Shown here in pieces: positions 7,325 to 16,064 of a stretch of 36,536 nt of DNA; position 1 is the stretch's first letter, and the number at the start of each line of letters is the position of its first letter. The DNA comes from a virus (Duplodnaviria; Caudoviricetes), in IMG/VR virus record IMGVR_UViG_3300009155_003695, positions 1 through 36,536 of that record; one strand, 5' to 3'. The position numbers were made by a program, and so were the translations under genes. The notes under the pieces are model-generated. The model did not search any database. It saw only the letters and a program-made list of their open reading frames with translations, and was not told the DNA's origin.

Positions 7325-8354
7325 CTAATACTCCTTTGTATGTTATGTTCAGCCACTTACCGATCGCTTCCGCATGATCGCTAAGTTTAGTAAGTTCATA
7401 TTTTCCACAGAACTTTAAGAAGTGTGCGCCCACCATGCCCACATCACGATGACTAACTTGTTCTCGGATCGCTTGATCAACTGTGTGTTTGATGTCATTG
7501 GGTTGTGCAGTTAAATCAATCAGCATACGATTGCGCTCGTAATCGTCAATGACTTTGTGTTCGGCGTTTTCATAGTCGGTCCAACGTTGGAGCATGAGAT
7601 TGTTCCAATTGTAGCCTTTTCGATCACGATCTTCAAATGCTTCTGTCAATCCCACGTTGTTCTTTGTACCATTGATACGCACACCTGGGTATGCAGAGAA
7701 CACATTGTCGCCAGGATCACCACGCATGCACTTCAGGAACAGCACCCACTTTTGATAATCAACTGGTGTTTCAAAATCAGAGTCTGCTTTGCCAACTTTG
7801 ATTTTGCTGTCGCTCTTGACAGTAAAACTCAGTTTCTTGCCCTTGCCATCAACAATGGAATCTGTGCTGTACACGTGGTCATTGATACCGTTGTAAAGTC
7901 GCACATTGGGCGCAACCAACTGCACAAAGTCCGAGTCACTGCTGACAATAATGTGTTCATCTTGGGGGTGAAGCGCGATCCAACGGGCGATAATATCATC
8001 TGCTTCGGCAGTGGGACACCGGATAACGCTACAATTTGTTTTTGTAGACAAATATTTAGTCAGCTCGTCGTATGTTTCCCAGAACAGTTTGTCTTCTTCT
8101 GCTTCAGTTTCATTCATTTGCCCACGTGCCACAGCACGGTTGGCCTTGTAGGGCTTGTAGGCATCTTTGCGCCAGCTACGCCCCTCTAGCGCAAACACCA
8201 CATGATCAGCCCCGAAATCACGTGCTACTTTGTTTGCACTCATCATGGTCAGGTGCAATGCAAAACCCAGCTTGGTCCATGTGTCACTGGCTCGATGTGC
8301 TTGATGCCGAGCGCGGAAGAACATGTTACTGGTATCAATCAACAAATAGCGCAT
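7296..8354 (-). CDS. rnh: T4 RNase H-like 5'-3' exonuclease / flap endonuclease
   Basis: LIDTSN, SWRK..Y..YK.NR, EADDIIA, SSDSDFVQL and GDPGDNV are the acidic motifs of the FEN/RNase H family. Start moved to MRYLL. Confidence 0.92.
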   Translation of the reverse strand: MRYLLIDTSNMFFRARHQAHRASDTWTKLGFALHLTMMSANKVARDFGADHVVFALEGRSWRKDAYKPYKANRAVARGQMNETEAEEDKLFWETYDELTKYLSTKTNCSVIRCPTAEADDIIARWIALHPQDEHIIVSSDSDFVQLVAPNVRLYNGINDHVYSTDSIVDGKGKKLSFTVKSDSKIKVGKADSDFETPVDYQKWVLFLKCMRGDPGDNVFSAYPGVRINGTKNNVGLTEAFEDRDRKGYNWNNLMLQRWTDYENAEHKVIDDYERNRMLIDLTAQPNDIKHTVDQAIREQVSHRDVGMVGAHFLKFCGKYELTKLSDHAEAIGKWLNITYKGVLDDRSQTSNT

Positions 8355-8361
8355 GTTGGCC

Positions 8362-9066
8362 TTATATAAAGTGGTGTTTAATAATGTATTGTAACATAAA
8401 ACGATGCCAAGCCGCATGAGCATCTATGCCAAAATGCCATGAATTTGGAGCAACTGTGTCATGACCGTTGTTTTTTAACCACGCATCGTAGGTCATTTTT
8501 GGGTTGTATGGCTCAATGTAGCTGTTGCCCCAATCCCGGTGATCTGGTAAACTTCCAAAATGGTTGTTGCCGTTGAGCATGATGTGTTTAATGCCCAGAT
8601 CCTCGAGTTCGTTATGAAACGCCCAGATGTCGTTGTGAGCTTGTTGTGTTTGTTCTTGCCAATCGATGCCCAGGATATATTGCCGATACTTTTCCTGCAA
8701 CTCTGGCGGAACTGAATCAGTGCCACTGGCATTGACTTGATAGTATGTGCCTTTGTGCAACCACTCCTGTCGCTCCCATGTGCTCCACTGAATAATCATC
8801 AAGGTTTCTCTTAGACGTGTTTGATGATTGGCTATCCAGTGTCTAGTGGTTCTCATGATACGATCATTGCTGGACGCACTCTCTGCATCACAATGCAAGG
8901 GTGTTTTTAATGCATCGGCTAGCAGTCGTCCCCAACTAACAGACATGTTGCTGGGGTGTGGTGACCGACCCATGTAGAAATACCGACTATCGTCCTCGGC
9001 AAACGCATGTGGTGATGCCGCCTCGGCTGCGGCAGCATGACTGTCACCGTTTATATAAAGTATCAT
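8362..9066 (-). CDS. SGNH/GDSL-hydrolase-like protein
   Basis: N-terminal NGDSH, S.SN.RI.RTT and a C-terminal His (WHFGIDAH). Paralog of 10347-10994. Confidence 0.6.
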   Translation of the reverse strand: MILYINGDSHAAAAEAASPHAFAEDDSRYFYMGRSPHPSNMSVSWGRLLADALKTPLHCDAESASSNDRIMRTTRHWIANHQTRLRETLMIIQWSTWERQEWLHKGTYYQVNASGTDSVPPELQEKYRQYILGIDWQEQTQQAHNDIWAFHNELEDLGIKHIMLNGNNHFGSLPDHRDWGNSYIEPYNPKMTYDAWLKNNGHDTVAPNSWHFGIDAHAAWHRFMLQYIIKHHFI

Positions 9067-9868
9067 TTATGAAAATTTCGTGTGGTAATTTTTTAGTATC
9101 AGTAATGTCCGAAAACGTTTGTGCAATATTGGGATCTATGATTTGGGGGTCAATATACCAATCTTCAAACGCTTCCCATGTACTGGTTGGGTAGTTTTTA
9201 ACTGCTACATTTTTAATCAACAGTTGATAACCAAGCTGTTGCAAGAATGTTTGTGCTTGTTGTTGTATGTGCTGATTCCCAGCAAACACATCAGTTTCAA
9301 ATGTGATTACAGAAAATCTGTGGCGATCGTGCGGTAGTCTTTTCAACGCATTTAAGCTGGCAGTTTCGTCAAGATCCACTTGCAAATAATCAATCTGCTG
9401 TGGCATCTTTGACAGCAACTGCTCAAAGTCCAACTCCAGTATGTTGTCTAGTACAAAATTTGATTGTGGGCGATCGGCATCCCATTCAGACTTTAGTTCA
9501 GATCTAAAATCAATGCTGGGACCCTTCCAATCAAACTGTTCCAGCAAATAGGTGTTGTTCATGTACATGGGCTCCGATGCACCAAGTTCAAGATATGTGC
9601 CTCCACGCAGACCATTGTGCATGGTAAGCACAAACATATCCTGCCATGATTGAGAGTAATTTTCTTTAATTGACTCTAGGCCCGGAAACCGGTGACGCAT
9701 GCAATTCAACAAACAGGGGTGATATATGGGGTCATATTCGGCTATTTCAATCACACGATCACGCACACGTTGACTTGGTATGTCGTTGTATGATTGATAC
9801 TCAAAGAAATGTTGCCGCGGCAGCCACTGTTCAATCTGCTGAAAATTACGTTGTCGTATTCCAAACAT
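9044..9868 (-). CDS. FkbM-like SAM-dependent methyltransferase
   Basis: SQSWQD, TYLELGA..P...NNTYLLE, IDYLQVD, VITFE, FEDWY. Confidence 0.7.
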   Translation of the reverse strand: MFGIRQRNFQQIEQWLPRQHFFEYQSYNDIPSQRVRDRVIEIAEYDPIYHPCLLNCMRHRFPGLESIKENYSQSWQDMFVLTMHNGLRGGTYLELGASEPMYMNNTYLLEQFDWKGPSIDFRSELKSEWDADRPQSNFVLDNILELDFEQLLSKMPQQIDYLQVDLDETASLNALKRLPHDRHRFSVITFETDVFAGNQHIQQQAQTFLQQLGYQLLIKNVAVKNYPTSTWEAFEDWYIDPQIIDPNIAQTFSDITDTKKLPHEIFINDTLYKR

Positions 9869-9874
9869 TGTGAT

Positions 9875-10357
9875 TTAAAATGTCCCGTCTTTTAACACTT
9901 TGTATGTTTCGGCAGCTACCACACGTTTGCGTAGACTGCTACTTGAGAATGAATGATCTCGGCCATTGAACACAATCTCGATACCGCGGTCATAACATTC
10001 ACTTTTACCTGTGAAGTCATTTTCGGCATATTCCACACCCAAGATACGAACATCCAGGGGCAAGATCAGCAACAGGTCCACAAGATCTTGTTCAGTTTGG
10101 TAAACAACAACTTCATCAACATAACGACAAGCCGCCAGTTGTATTTGACGTTCTACAATGCTTTGCACCGGTTTGTTTTTGGTGTCTGGACGATCGATTG
10201 TGGGATCAGTTTGCAGGCCGCAGATCAAGTAGTCGCAGTGATTCTTTGCTTCGCTTAACATGGCAATGTGTCCTGCATGCAACATGTCAAAAGTTGAGAA
10301 CGTGATGCCAATGCGTTTGCCTTCTTGTTTGAGTTTTTTAATGTGATTAAATATCAT
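9875..10357 (-). CDS. Cytidylyltransferase (TagD/RfaE-like)
   Basis: TFDMLHAGH (HxGH), ER, VDEV, R.HSFSSS.LR. Start moved to MIFNH. Confidence 0.88.
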   Translation of the reverse strand: MIFNHIKKLKQEGKRIGITFSTFDMLHAGHIAMLSEAKNHCDYLICGLQTDPTIDRPDTKNKPVQSIVERQIQLAACRYVDEVVVYQTEQDLVDLLLILPLDVRILGVEYAENDFTGKSECYDRGIEIVFNGRDHSFSSSSLRKRVVAAETYKVLKDGTF

Positions 10358-10994
10358 AAAATTTTCTAATGTAATCTTGTAAAACCTGTGCCCAAGCAGT
10401 TTGGGCATTGTCCCCAAAGTGCAAATGTTTGTCTGGTTTAAATCCCTGTCGTTCTAGATAACAGTAGTAGTTTAACTCATTGTCATATGGACTCATGTAT
10501 CGATGTCCCCAAGTGTCAACCGCCAACGTTGAGCTTATCATCATAAATGAATTAAAAAACAAATAGTCAATGTTGCGACGACGACATTCTACTGCTAGTT
10601 GTATCAGTTGTTTTTGAGTTTCTTGTGCTCCACGAACAAAACTGTCATCGCCGATACTGTTTATATAATTTTTGTATTGCTGTTGTAAAGGCGCAGGCAA
10701 TACGTCATGACCACTGGAATTGATTTGATAAAATTCGCCCTGGTGGAACCATTCCTGACGTTCCCAGGAGGTCAATGCAAGTACAAGAAAATTAGATTGT
10801 GTTGGGCTTAAATACCGCAGCCACTCTCGAGTGGTGCGAATTATGCGTTGATTACTGGCACCACTAATGGCATGATTAATCAAGTCATAGCCAAGATTGG
10901 TAGCCAACTGATTGGGCCAGGAATTGGCCAGGCTCTCGCACCCCACACCAGCACTGTGGCTACAACCATTGACGTATAGTTTTTTCAAAGCCAT
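10347..10994 (-). CDS. SGNH/GDSL-hydrolase-like protein
   Basis: NGCSHS, NHAISGASNQRIIRTT and a C-terminal D..HF motif. Confidence 0.6.
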   Translation of the reverse strand: MALKKLYVNGCSHSAGVGCESLANSWPNQLATNLGYDLINHAISGASNQRIIRTTREWLRYLSPTQSNFLVLALTSWERQEWFHQGEFYQINSSGHDVLPAPLQQQYKNYINSIGDDSFVRGAQETQKQLIQLAVECRRRNIDYLFFNSFMMISSTLAVDTWGHRYMSPYDNELNYYCYLERQGFKPDKHLHFGDNAQTAWAQVLQDYIRKFYDI

Positions 10995-11000
10995 TTTAAT

Positions 11001-11420
11001 TTACGATACTTCTCGACGCCCGCCACCAATGTCTCTACTCTTGGTAAACCGCTGTGGATTCATTGCTTGCTCTTGTTCCCACGTTTCCATTACAACATGT
11101 CTGCACACATTCTGGAACCAACGATCCACAATCTCTGCGTCCGTATCTGTGGGTTTCATCATGTATCCAGCTCGCACTAGATTGGCAACAAACTTCTCAT
11201 TCCAGTCAAGTTCAAAAGCACCTTGATGCAGGTTATCTGCATCTAGCTCCAAGCCAAGTACAGACACATATGGCTCGCCCTTTTCGTTGGCAATTTCCTT
11301 GGCTGTCTTGGCAGTTTCTTTTTTCTTTGTGGGTGCAGATGGTGTGTCGGGCTTTGCCTGTGTGGGTGCTGAATTTACGTTAGCATTTACCCCAAACAAA
11401 CTTTTAATTTTGTCAAACAT
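11001..11420 (-). CDS. Hypothetical phage protein
   Basis: 139 aa (GEPYV, FELDWN, IVDRWF) with an AGGAG SD. Confidence 0.8.
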   Translation of the reverse strand: MFDKIKSLFGVNANVNSAPTQAKPDTPSAPTKKKETAKTAKEIANEKGEPYVSVLGLELDADNLHQGAFELDWNEKFVANLVRAGYMMKPTDTDAEIVDRWFQNVCRHVVMETWEQEQAMNPQRFTKSRDIGGGRREVS

Positions 11421-11429
11421 ACCACTCCT

Positions 11430-12530
11430 TTAAAATAAATCTACACGTTCCCATGGCAAATAATCTTTACCAAAATGCCCATAGTTTGTTGTTGAACTGT
11501 AGATAGGACGGAACAACTCGAAGCGTTCTATAATACCTCGAGGAGTCAAGTCTACATTTTCTTGTACCCATTTGGTTAATTCACGACCTTGCTTGGCATC
11601 AGCAGTTTCAACATAGAAACTCATAGGCTGTGCTAATCCAATAGCATAGCTAATTTGAACTGTAGCCCAATCTGCCCGACCACTGGCCACAATGTTTTTG
11701 GCAAGATAACGCATCATATAGGCAGCACTTCGATCAACCTTAGTAGGATCCTTACCACTGAACGCACCCCCACCATGTGGGCTATAGCCGCCATAAGTAT
11801 CAACAATAATTTTACGACCAGTAAGGCCGGTATCACCATCAGGGCCGCCAATAACAAAACGGCCAGTAGGGTTAATAAAAAACTCAGTTCTATTGTCTAC
11901 AAATTTTTCCGGCAACACGCCACGAATAATATTTTCCACCACCATTCGAACATGATCAATATTTACACTGTCTGTGTGTTGGGTTGAACAAACCACCTTG
12001 GCAATGCGCCGAGGTGTACCATCGTCATTGTATTCAAATGTGACTTGGCTCTTGGCATCGGGTTCTAGCCAGGACACAGTGCCTGCTTTGCGAATTTCAG
12101 CAAGTTCTTCTACAATGCGATGAGCCCAGTAGATAGCTGAAGGCATATGAATCTCTGTTTCGTTACAAGCATAACCAAACATCAATCCTTGATCACCTGC
12201 ACCGAATGTGTCTGTGCCCAGGGCAATATCAGCACTTTGTCCGTGTAATAGATTAGTAATTTCTACTGTGCGCCAATCAAATCCCAACTGCTCATAACCA
12301 ACATCTCGAATCACTTTGCGCACAGCCGATTCAATTGATTGGTCTGACACAGCACCTTTGTACTCACCTGCAATCACAACACGATTGGTTGTGACCAGAG
12401 TTTCACATGCGCATCGCAAGGCTGGATTTTTTTGTGCCATAAACAGATCTAGTACAGCATCGCTGATGGCATCTGCAATTTTATCTGGGTGTCCTTCTGA
12501 TACACTCTCACTTGTAAACAAATAACTCAT
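11430..12530 (-). CDS. metK: S-adenosylmethionine synthetase
   Basis: FTSESVSEGHPDK, GAGDQG, GGGAFSGKDPTKVDRS and YGHFG signatures. Confidence 0.97.
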   Translation of the reverse strand: MSYLFTSESVSEGHPDKIADAISDAVLDLFMAQKNPALRCACETLVTTNRVVIAGEYKGAVSDQSIESAVRKVIRDVGYEQLGFDWRTVEITNLLHGQSADIALGTDTFGAGDQGLMFGYACNETEIHMPSAIYWAHRIVEELAEIRKAGTVSWLEPDAKSQVTFEYNDDGTPRRIAKVVCSTQHTDSVNIDHVRMVVENIIRGVLPEKFVDNRTEFFINPTGRFVIGGPDGDTGLTGRKIIVDTYGGYSPHGGGAFSGKDPTKVDRSAAYMMRYLAKNIVASGRADWATVQISYAIGLAQPMSFYVETADAKQGRELTKWVQENVDLTPRGIIERFELFRPIYSSTTNYGHFGKDYLPWERVDLF

Positions 12531-12766
12531 TAATTTCCTTTAATTTTCCATACAAGATGATCATGCCGATCATGTCACCTTGTTGCATACACAGGTTCAC
12601 CGGGACCAGCATACATTGCTGTCAGTCTGTAGGCAAACTTTAACCAAATAAGCTTGCCAGATATACTGCATTGTTTCGGTAGCCAAGCAAATTTAAGTTG
12701 CGCACCCAAGCATCTGGCATAAAAGTGATCGTAATCCATTTTTCCAGGATCAATACTCATCACCAA
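12530..12766 (-). pseudogene. Small gene interrupted by an in-frame TGA at 12575-12577
   Basis: After ...VYATR-TGA the frame continues HDRHDHLVWKIKGN to a TAA that overlaps the metK ATG (TAATG). Confidence 0.5.
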
Positions 12767-12951
12767 CTTTCAACATCTGTGATGTCAATTTTGACTGTGG
12801 ATTTGGGATCAAACTCGATAGTTGTCACTGCACCGATGCCGGCACCGTTGCTTGAATCTTCGGTAAGGATTACACGATCCACCCTGTCGTACATTTCAAA
12901 CACTTCTCTTATTTTTTCATACTGAGTGCGAGTAATTACAATTCGTGTCAT
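12760..12951 (-). CDS. Hypothetical protein
   Basis: 63 aa with overlaps at both ends. Confidence 0.75.
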   Translation of the reverse strand: MTRIVITRTQYEKIREVFEMYDRVDRVILTEDSSNGAGIGAVTTIEFDPKSTVKIDITDVESW

Positions 12952-13163
12952 TCTTCAACTCCAAAATGTTCTTTAATATTTTTTATAACTGTATCGTTAG
13001 GAAACATAGATGGTGTCCACTTTACAACTTCAACACATTCCCTCACAATCAACTCGGCGAACTTTTCTAATTCATCGCAACCTATAACTGTAAGAGGCTT
13101 GCTGTCACGTCGAAAACATTCTGCCTTGGCCTGTTCTAAAATTTTAGAAATTTGTTCGTTCAT
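12948..13163 (-). CDS. Hypothetical protein
   Basis: Start MNEQI by TGATG overlap with queE; EKFAELIVREC...IKEHFGVE pattern of small phage proteins. Confidence 0.75.
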   Translation of the reverse strand: MNEQISKILEQAKAECFRRDSKPLTVIGCDELEKFAELIVRECVEVVKWTPSMFPNDTVIKNIKEHFGVEE

Positions 13164-14047
13164 CAGGTACCCCAGGCATTGCGCCACAGGTCAACTTGCA
13201 GTCGTGGACTGTATCTCCAACCCAAGTCCATGGCCATCTTTGCAACTTCTTGTGTGTTTAGATTGTACACATCAGGTACGCCACCAATTGGCATTACGTA
13301 AACAGGGCCAGTAAATCCTGCTTCTCGGTATTTAAACACAGCTTGTTCTGCGTCATCAAGATCTTGGCGTGTGGCAATAACAAACTTGAGATAGGTGTGA
13401 CCAATCATGTCAAAGCTTTTAATAATGTCTGGCCTAATAGCAATGTCTTGACTTTCGCCCGAGCATGGTAACTTTGGGCTCACACTAAATGTGAGTCGAT
13501 CACGATTGCGTCCAGAGTTTGTAATCTTCTCAAACAAGTATTCGTATACTTCTGGGTACAGCTCTTGGCTGCCGTTGGTTTCAAATGTTAGATTAAGCAA
13601 TCCATTCTCACGACAACGATCCAACAGCTCGGGATACAGTCGTTGATAACCTAACAACGGTTCCCCGCCAGTAATCACAAGATGTACATCATCATTGCCA
13701 TTGCTGTCACTCCACCGATTGTGTGGAATAATGTCGTGTAGGTTTTCTGCTATCTCATCAACAGTTTCCATTCGAGAGAAGTGTTTGAACTCGGGATAGA
13801 TACTAGCGTAACTATCACAGCCGGTGCTTATCAGTGGCAGATCTTCAAACTTGGGGTACAGTTTGATGTTCTTGATGATTTCAGCAACTTCGGGATTTGC
13901 CCCTTCGATTACTTCGTTTCGATCTCGTCCAAACTTCTTGCACCTAAAGTTGCAACCATATGTACGAAAGAAAACGCTGGGCACCCCGGACCAGCGACCT
14001 TCGCCTTGTAAGCTATAAAAGATTTCGGTGTAGTGTATTTTTTCCAT
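13163..14047 (-). CDS. queE: 7-carboxy-7-deazaguanine synthase (radical SAM)
   Basis: EIFYSLQGEG, F.R..GCN..C, CDS, VITGGEPLL, ETNG, SPKL, PRLQ..LW. Confidence 0.92.
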   Translation of the reverse strand: MEKIHYTEIFYSLQGEGRWSGVPSVFFRTYGCNFRCKKFGRDRNEVIEGANPEVAEIIKNIKLYPKFEDLPLISTGCDSYASIYPEFKHFSRMETVDEIAENLHDIIPHNRWSDSNGNDDVHLVITGGEPLLGYQRLYPELLDRCRENGLLNLTFETNGSQELYPEVYEYLFEKITNSGRNRDRLTFSVSPKLPCSGESQDIAIRPDIIKSFDMIGHTYLKFVIATRQDLDDAEQAVFKYREAGFTGPVYVMPIGGVPDVYNLNTQEVAKMAMDLGWRYSPRLQVDLWRNAWGT

Positions 14048-14053
14048 GTTTTA

Positions 14054-14082
14054 AGTATAACAAAATATTTTAACAATGTCAA
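14054..14082 (-). promoter_or_regulatory. Sigma70 promoter of queE (leaderless)
   Basis: TTGACA-17-TATACT, then 6 nt, then ATG; no SD. Confidence 0.8.
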
Positions 14083-14228
14083 GCAATATTATTTTTTAAC
14101 AAAGTCAGTAACATTGCCATCTTGGTGTGTTGTAGAAATGCCAGAAAAATCTGCAACAATTTTTTCTAGCTCGTCGCGTAGAAATTGTTCATCGGGATTA
14201 TACGCAATGCCCTGCCATGATAAATCCT

Positions 14229-15041
14229 TTACACAGGGCTTACTCGTTTTAACATGTTGTTAACGTCCGATGCTAACATTTTTTCCCATGGATCTTTTTT
14301 GCCAGCTAGTAAATCCTCCCACCAGGCAATCTCATGTCCCTTGGAACGCAAGTATGTCACCAATTTGTTTGCATCCTGTATGCGCAATCGTCGGTTGGAC
14401 TGATGATTAAAATCCCTGGGGTGTTGAACGTCGCCTTCATGGATGATTCTATTTTTGTAAGTATCATCCTCGTTTTTACCAGTTAGGTCAAACCGCTCGT
14501 GTTCAACTCGAATAGGAATACGTACCATGATGTCCAACATCCAGGCAATCTGACTGATATAAGCATCATTGAGCTGATGTTGACTCAAGTGCCCAAGTAA
14601 CTCATACCAGGTACGCGGGACAATGGGAAAAATACTGTAAGGGTGCAAATTGTGTGTGTCAAATGCTTGAATACAAAAACGATCACCTTGTGCGGATATA
14701 GTTGTATCCCAGTGGTCGTCAAGCATTACCGCGTCATCGTTCCAAAATACCCACCACGGTGCCAATGCATGTTTGGCCATTATGTTTAGATACTTGTGTA
14801 AATTTTCATAACCAATTGGTGCAAATTCTAGCACTAGGTATTTGCTATCAACTTTCTCCAGCAGTGGTACAATTTCATCAACAAAATACTGTGATGATTC
14901 TTTGTCGTCGTTGTCAAACCCAAGTATGAATTGAATAGATCCCGGATCATCAGAGGTATTCAACAAGCTCTCGACACTGCGTTTTAAGATATCAGTTCTA
15001 CCTCTACTGGGTAGCAAAATTGAAATCTTGGTACTATTCAT
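14229..15041 (-). CDS. GT-A (GT2-like) glycosyltransferase
   Basis: ISILLPSRGR, FDNDD, WNDD (DxD-like) and a downstream ND...H. Confidence 0.8.
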   Translation of the reverse strand: MNSTKISILLPSRGRTDILKRSVESLLNTSDDPGSIQFILGFDNDDKESSQYFVDEIVPLLEKVDSKYLVLEFAPIGYENLHKYLNIMAKHALAPWWVFWNDDAVMLDDHWDTTISAQGDRFCIQAFDTHNLHPYSIFPIVPRTWYELLGHLSQHQLNDAYISQIAWMLDIMVRIPIRVEHERFDLTGKNEDDTYKNRIIHEGDVQHPRDFNHQSNRRLRIQDANKLVTYLRSKGHEIAWWEDLLAGKKDPWEKMLASDVNNMLKRVSPV

Positions 15042-15238
15042 TAATTACTCCAATGCTTAATTGTATTTGCTATAATAAAACAACATGTTATCACATGTAG
15101 CACCACCCAGAAAGTTTTTAGAAACAATGCAATCTTGGCTTCTCTTAATGTAAGAACGGGCACATCCGGTCTGTCATCATCAGTATTGCCCATCAGATGA
15201 CCGGTTGCTCTAGCCCATATTTTTTCAAGTGAATTCAT
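15041..15238 (-). CDS. Small membrane protein
   Basis: 65 aa with a C-terminal hydrophobic helix. Confidence 0.7.
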   Translation of the reverse strand: MNSLEKIWARATGHLMGNTDDDRPDVPVLTLREAKIALFLKTFWVVLHVITCCFIIANTIKHWSN

Positions 15239-15648
15239 CGGTAAACTTCTTCTTCTAAATATCGTTTCAGTTCTTTGTCTGTGGGTTCTACTGAATAATT
15301 TTGTTTGAAAAATATCTCGTAACTGTCGCTACCATATTTTCCAATTCCATATAACTGGGTAGCATCTTTACCGTTCCAGGACAAATAGTCCCGGCTCATA
15401 CCCACCAAACGATTGTATCGAATATTGGTCATGCCCAAGGGTTTGATAATGCTCTTGACAAATTCCTCATCTGCCGCAATCAATGCCCGGGGAGTTGGAA
15501 ACCAATACAGGAATTCTGGTAGTGTTGTCTTAACAGACTTACGCCCAGTTTGATTCAGCATGATCACGCCCACCATGTGTTCCCAACTATTGGAGATCTG
15601 TTGCTGTACCATAAGATCATCTCGTAAGGGTTCAAAGAATTTCATCAA
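15235..15648 (-). CDS. HhH-GPD DNA glycosylase, MBD4-like catalytic domain
   Basis: W..MV..IMLNQT, PLGM...R, LYGIGKYGSDSYEIF, and P.DKEL carrying the catalytic Asp. Confidence 0.85.
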   Translation of the reverse strand: MMKFFEPLRDDLMVQQQISNSWEHMVGVIMLNQTGRKSVKTTLPEFLYWFPTPRALIAADEEFVKSIIKPLGMTNIRYNRLVGMSRDYLSWNGKDATQLYGIGKYGSDSYEIFFKQNYSVEPTDKELKRYLEEEVYR

Positions 15649-16061
15649 GATACCTCATCTTTTTTATCGCTGGGGAATGTTGCACTGGTGTATCGAATAA
15701 TCAACACACTGACGGCAATAACAAATGTACTACCGGCCACTGCCAGCATCTCCGTGATGTTGATAGGCTGGTGACTCATGATATCTACCATGTGTCGTGT
15801 AAGTGCTGTAATTGCAATATATAACAGAAACCTAACAGGCATATGGTTGGTTTTGAAATAAATGCCTACCATGGCACCTATTTCTAAATAGATAAACATC
15901 AACAACAGATCGCCCACTGAGGCATGGTGCTTTTGGAACATTTCAAAAAATGTCCATCCAGCGGCCCATACTGTTGCCGCACCTATGCCAAAAAGTGCCA
16001 AACGATGGAATATGTCCACAAACATATTTCCTAATCTATCCACTCTTTCCATTCTAAACAT
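15645..16061 (-). CDS. psiE: Phosphate-starvation-inducible PsiE-family membrane protein
   Basis: Four TM helices; DLLLMFIYLE...YFKT.H.PVRFLLYIAITALTR. Confidence 0.85.
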   Translation of the reverse strand: MFRMERVDRLGNMFVDIFHRLALFGIGAATVWAAGWTFFEMFQKHHASVGDLLLMFIYLEIGAMVGIYFKTNHMPVRFLLYIAITALTRHMVDIMSHQPINITEMLAVAGSTFVIAVSVLIIRYTSATFPSDKKDEVS

Positions 16062-16064
16062 ACT

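Noticed and set aside
12575-12577. Genome-wide stop-codon reassignment
   Set aside because: Conserved genes are full length under the standard code and many end in TGA with ATGA/TGATG overlaps. Only one suspicious internal stop was seen.
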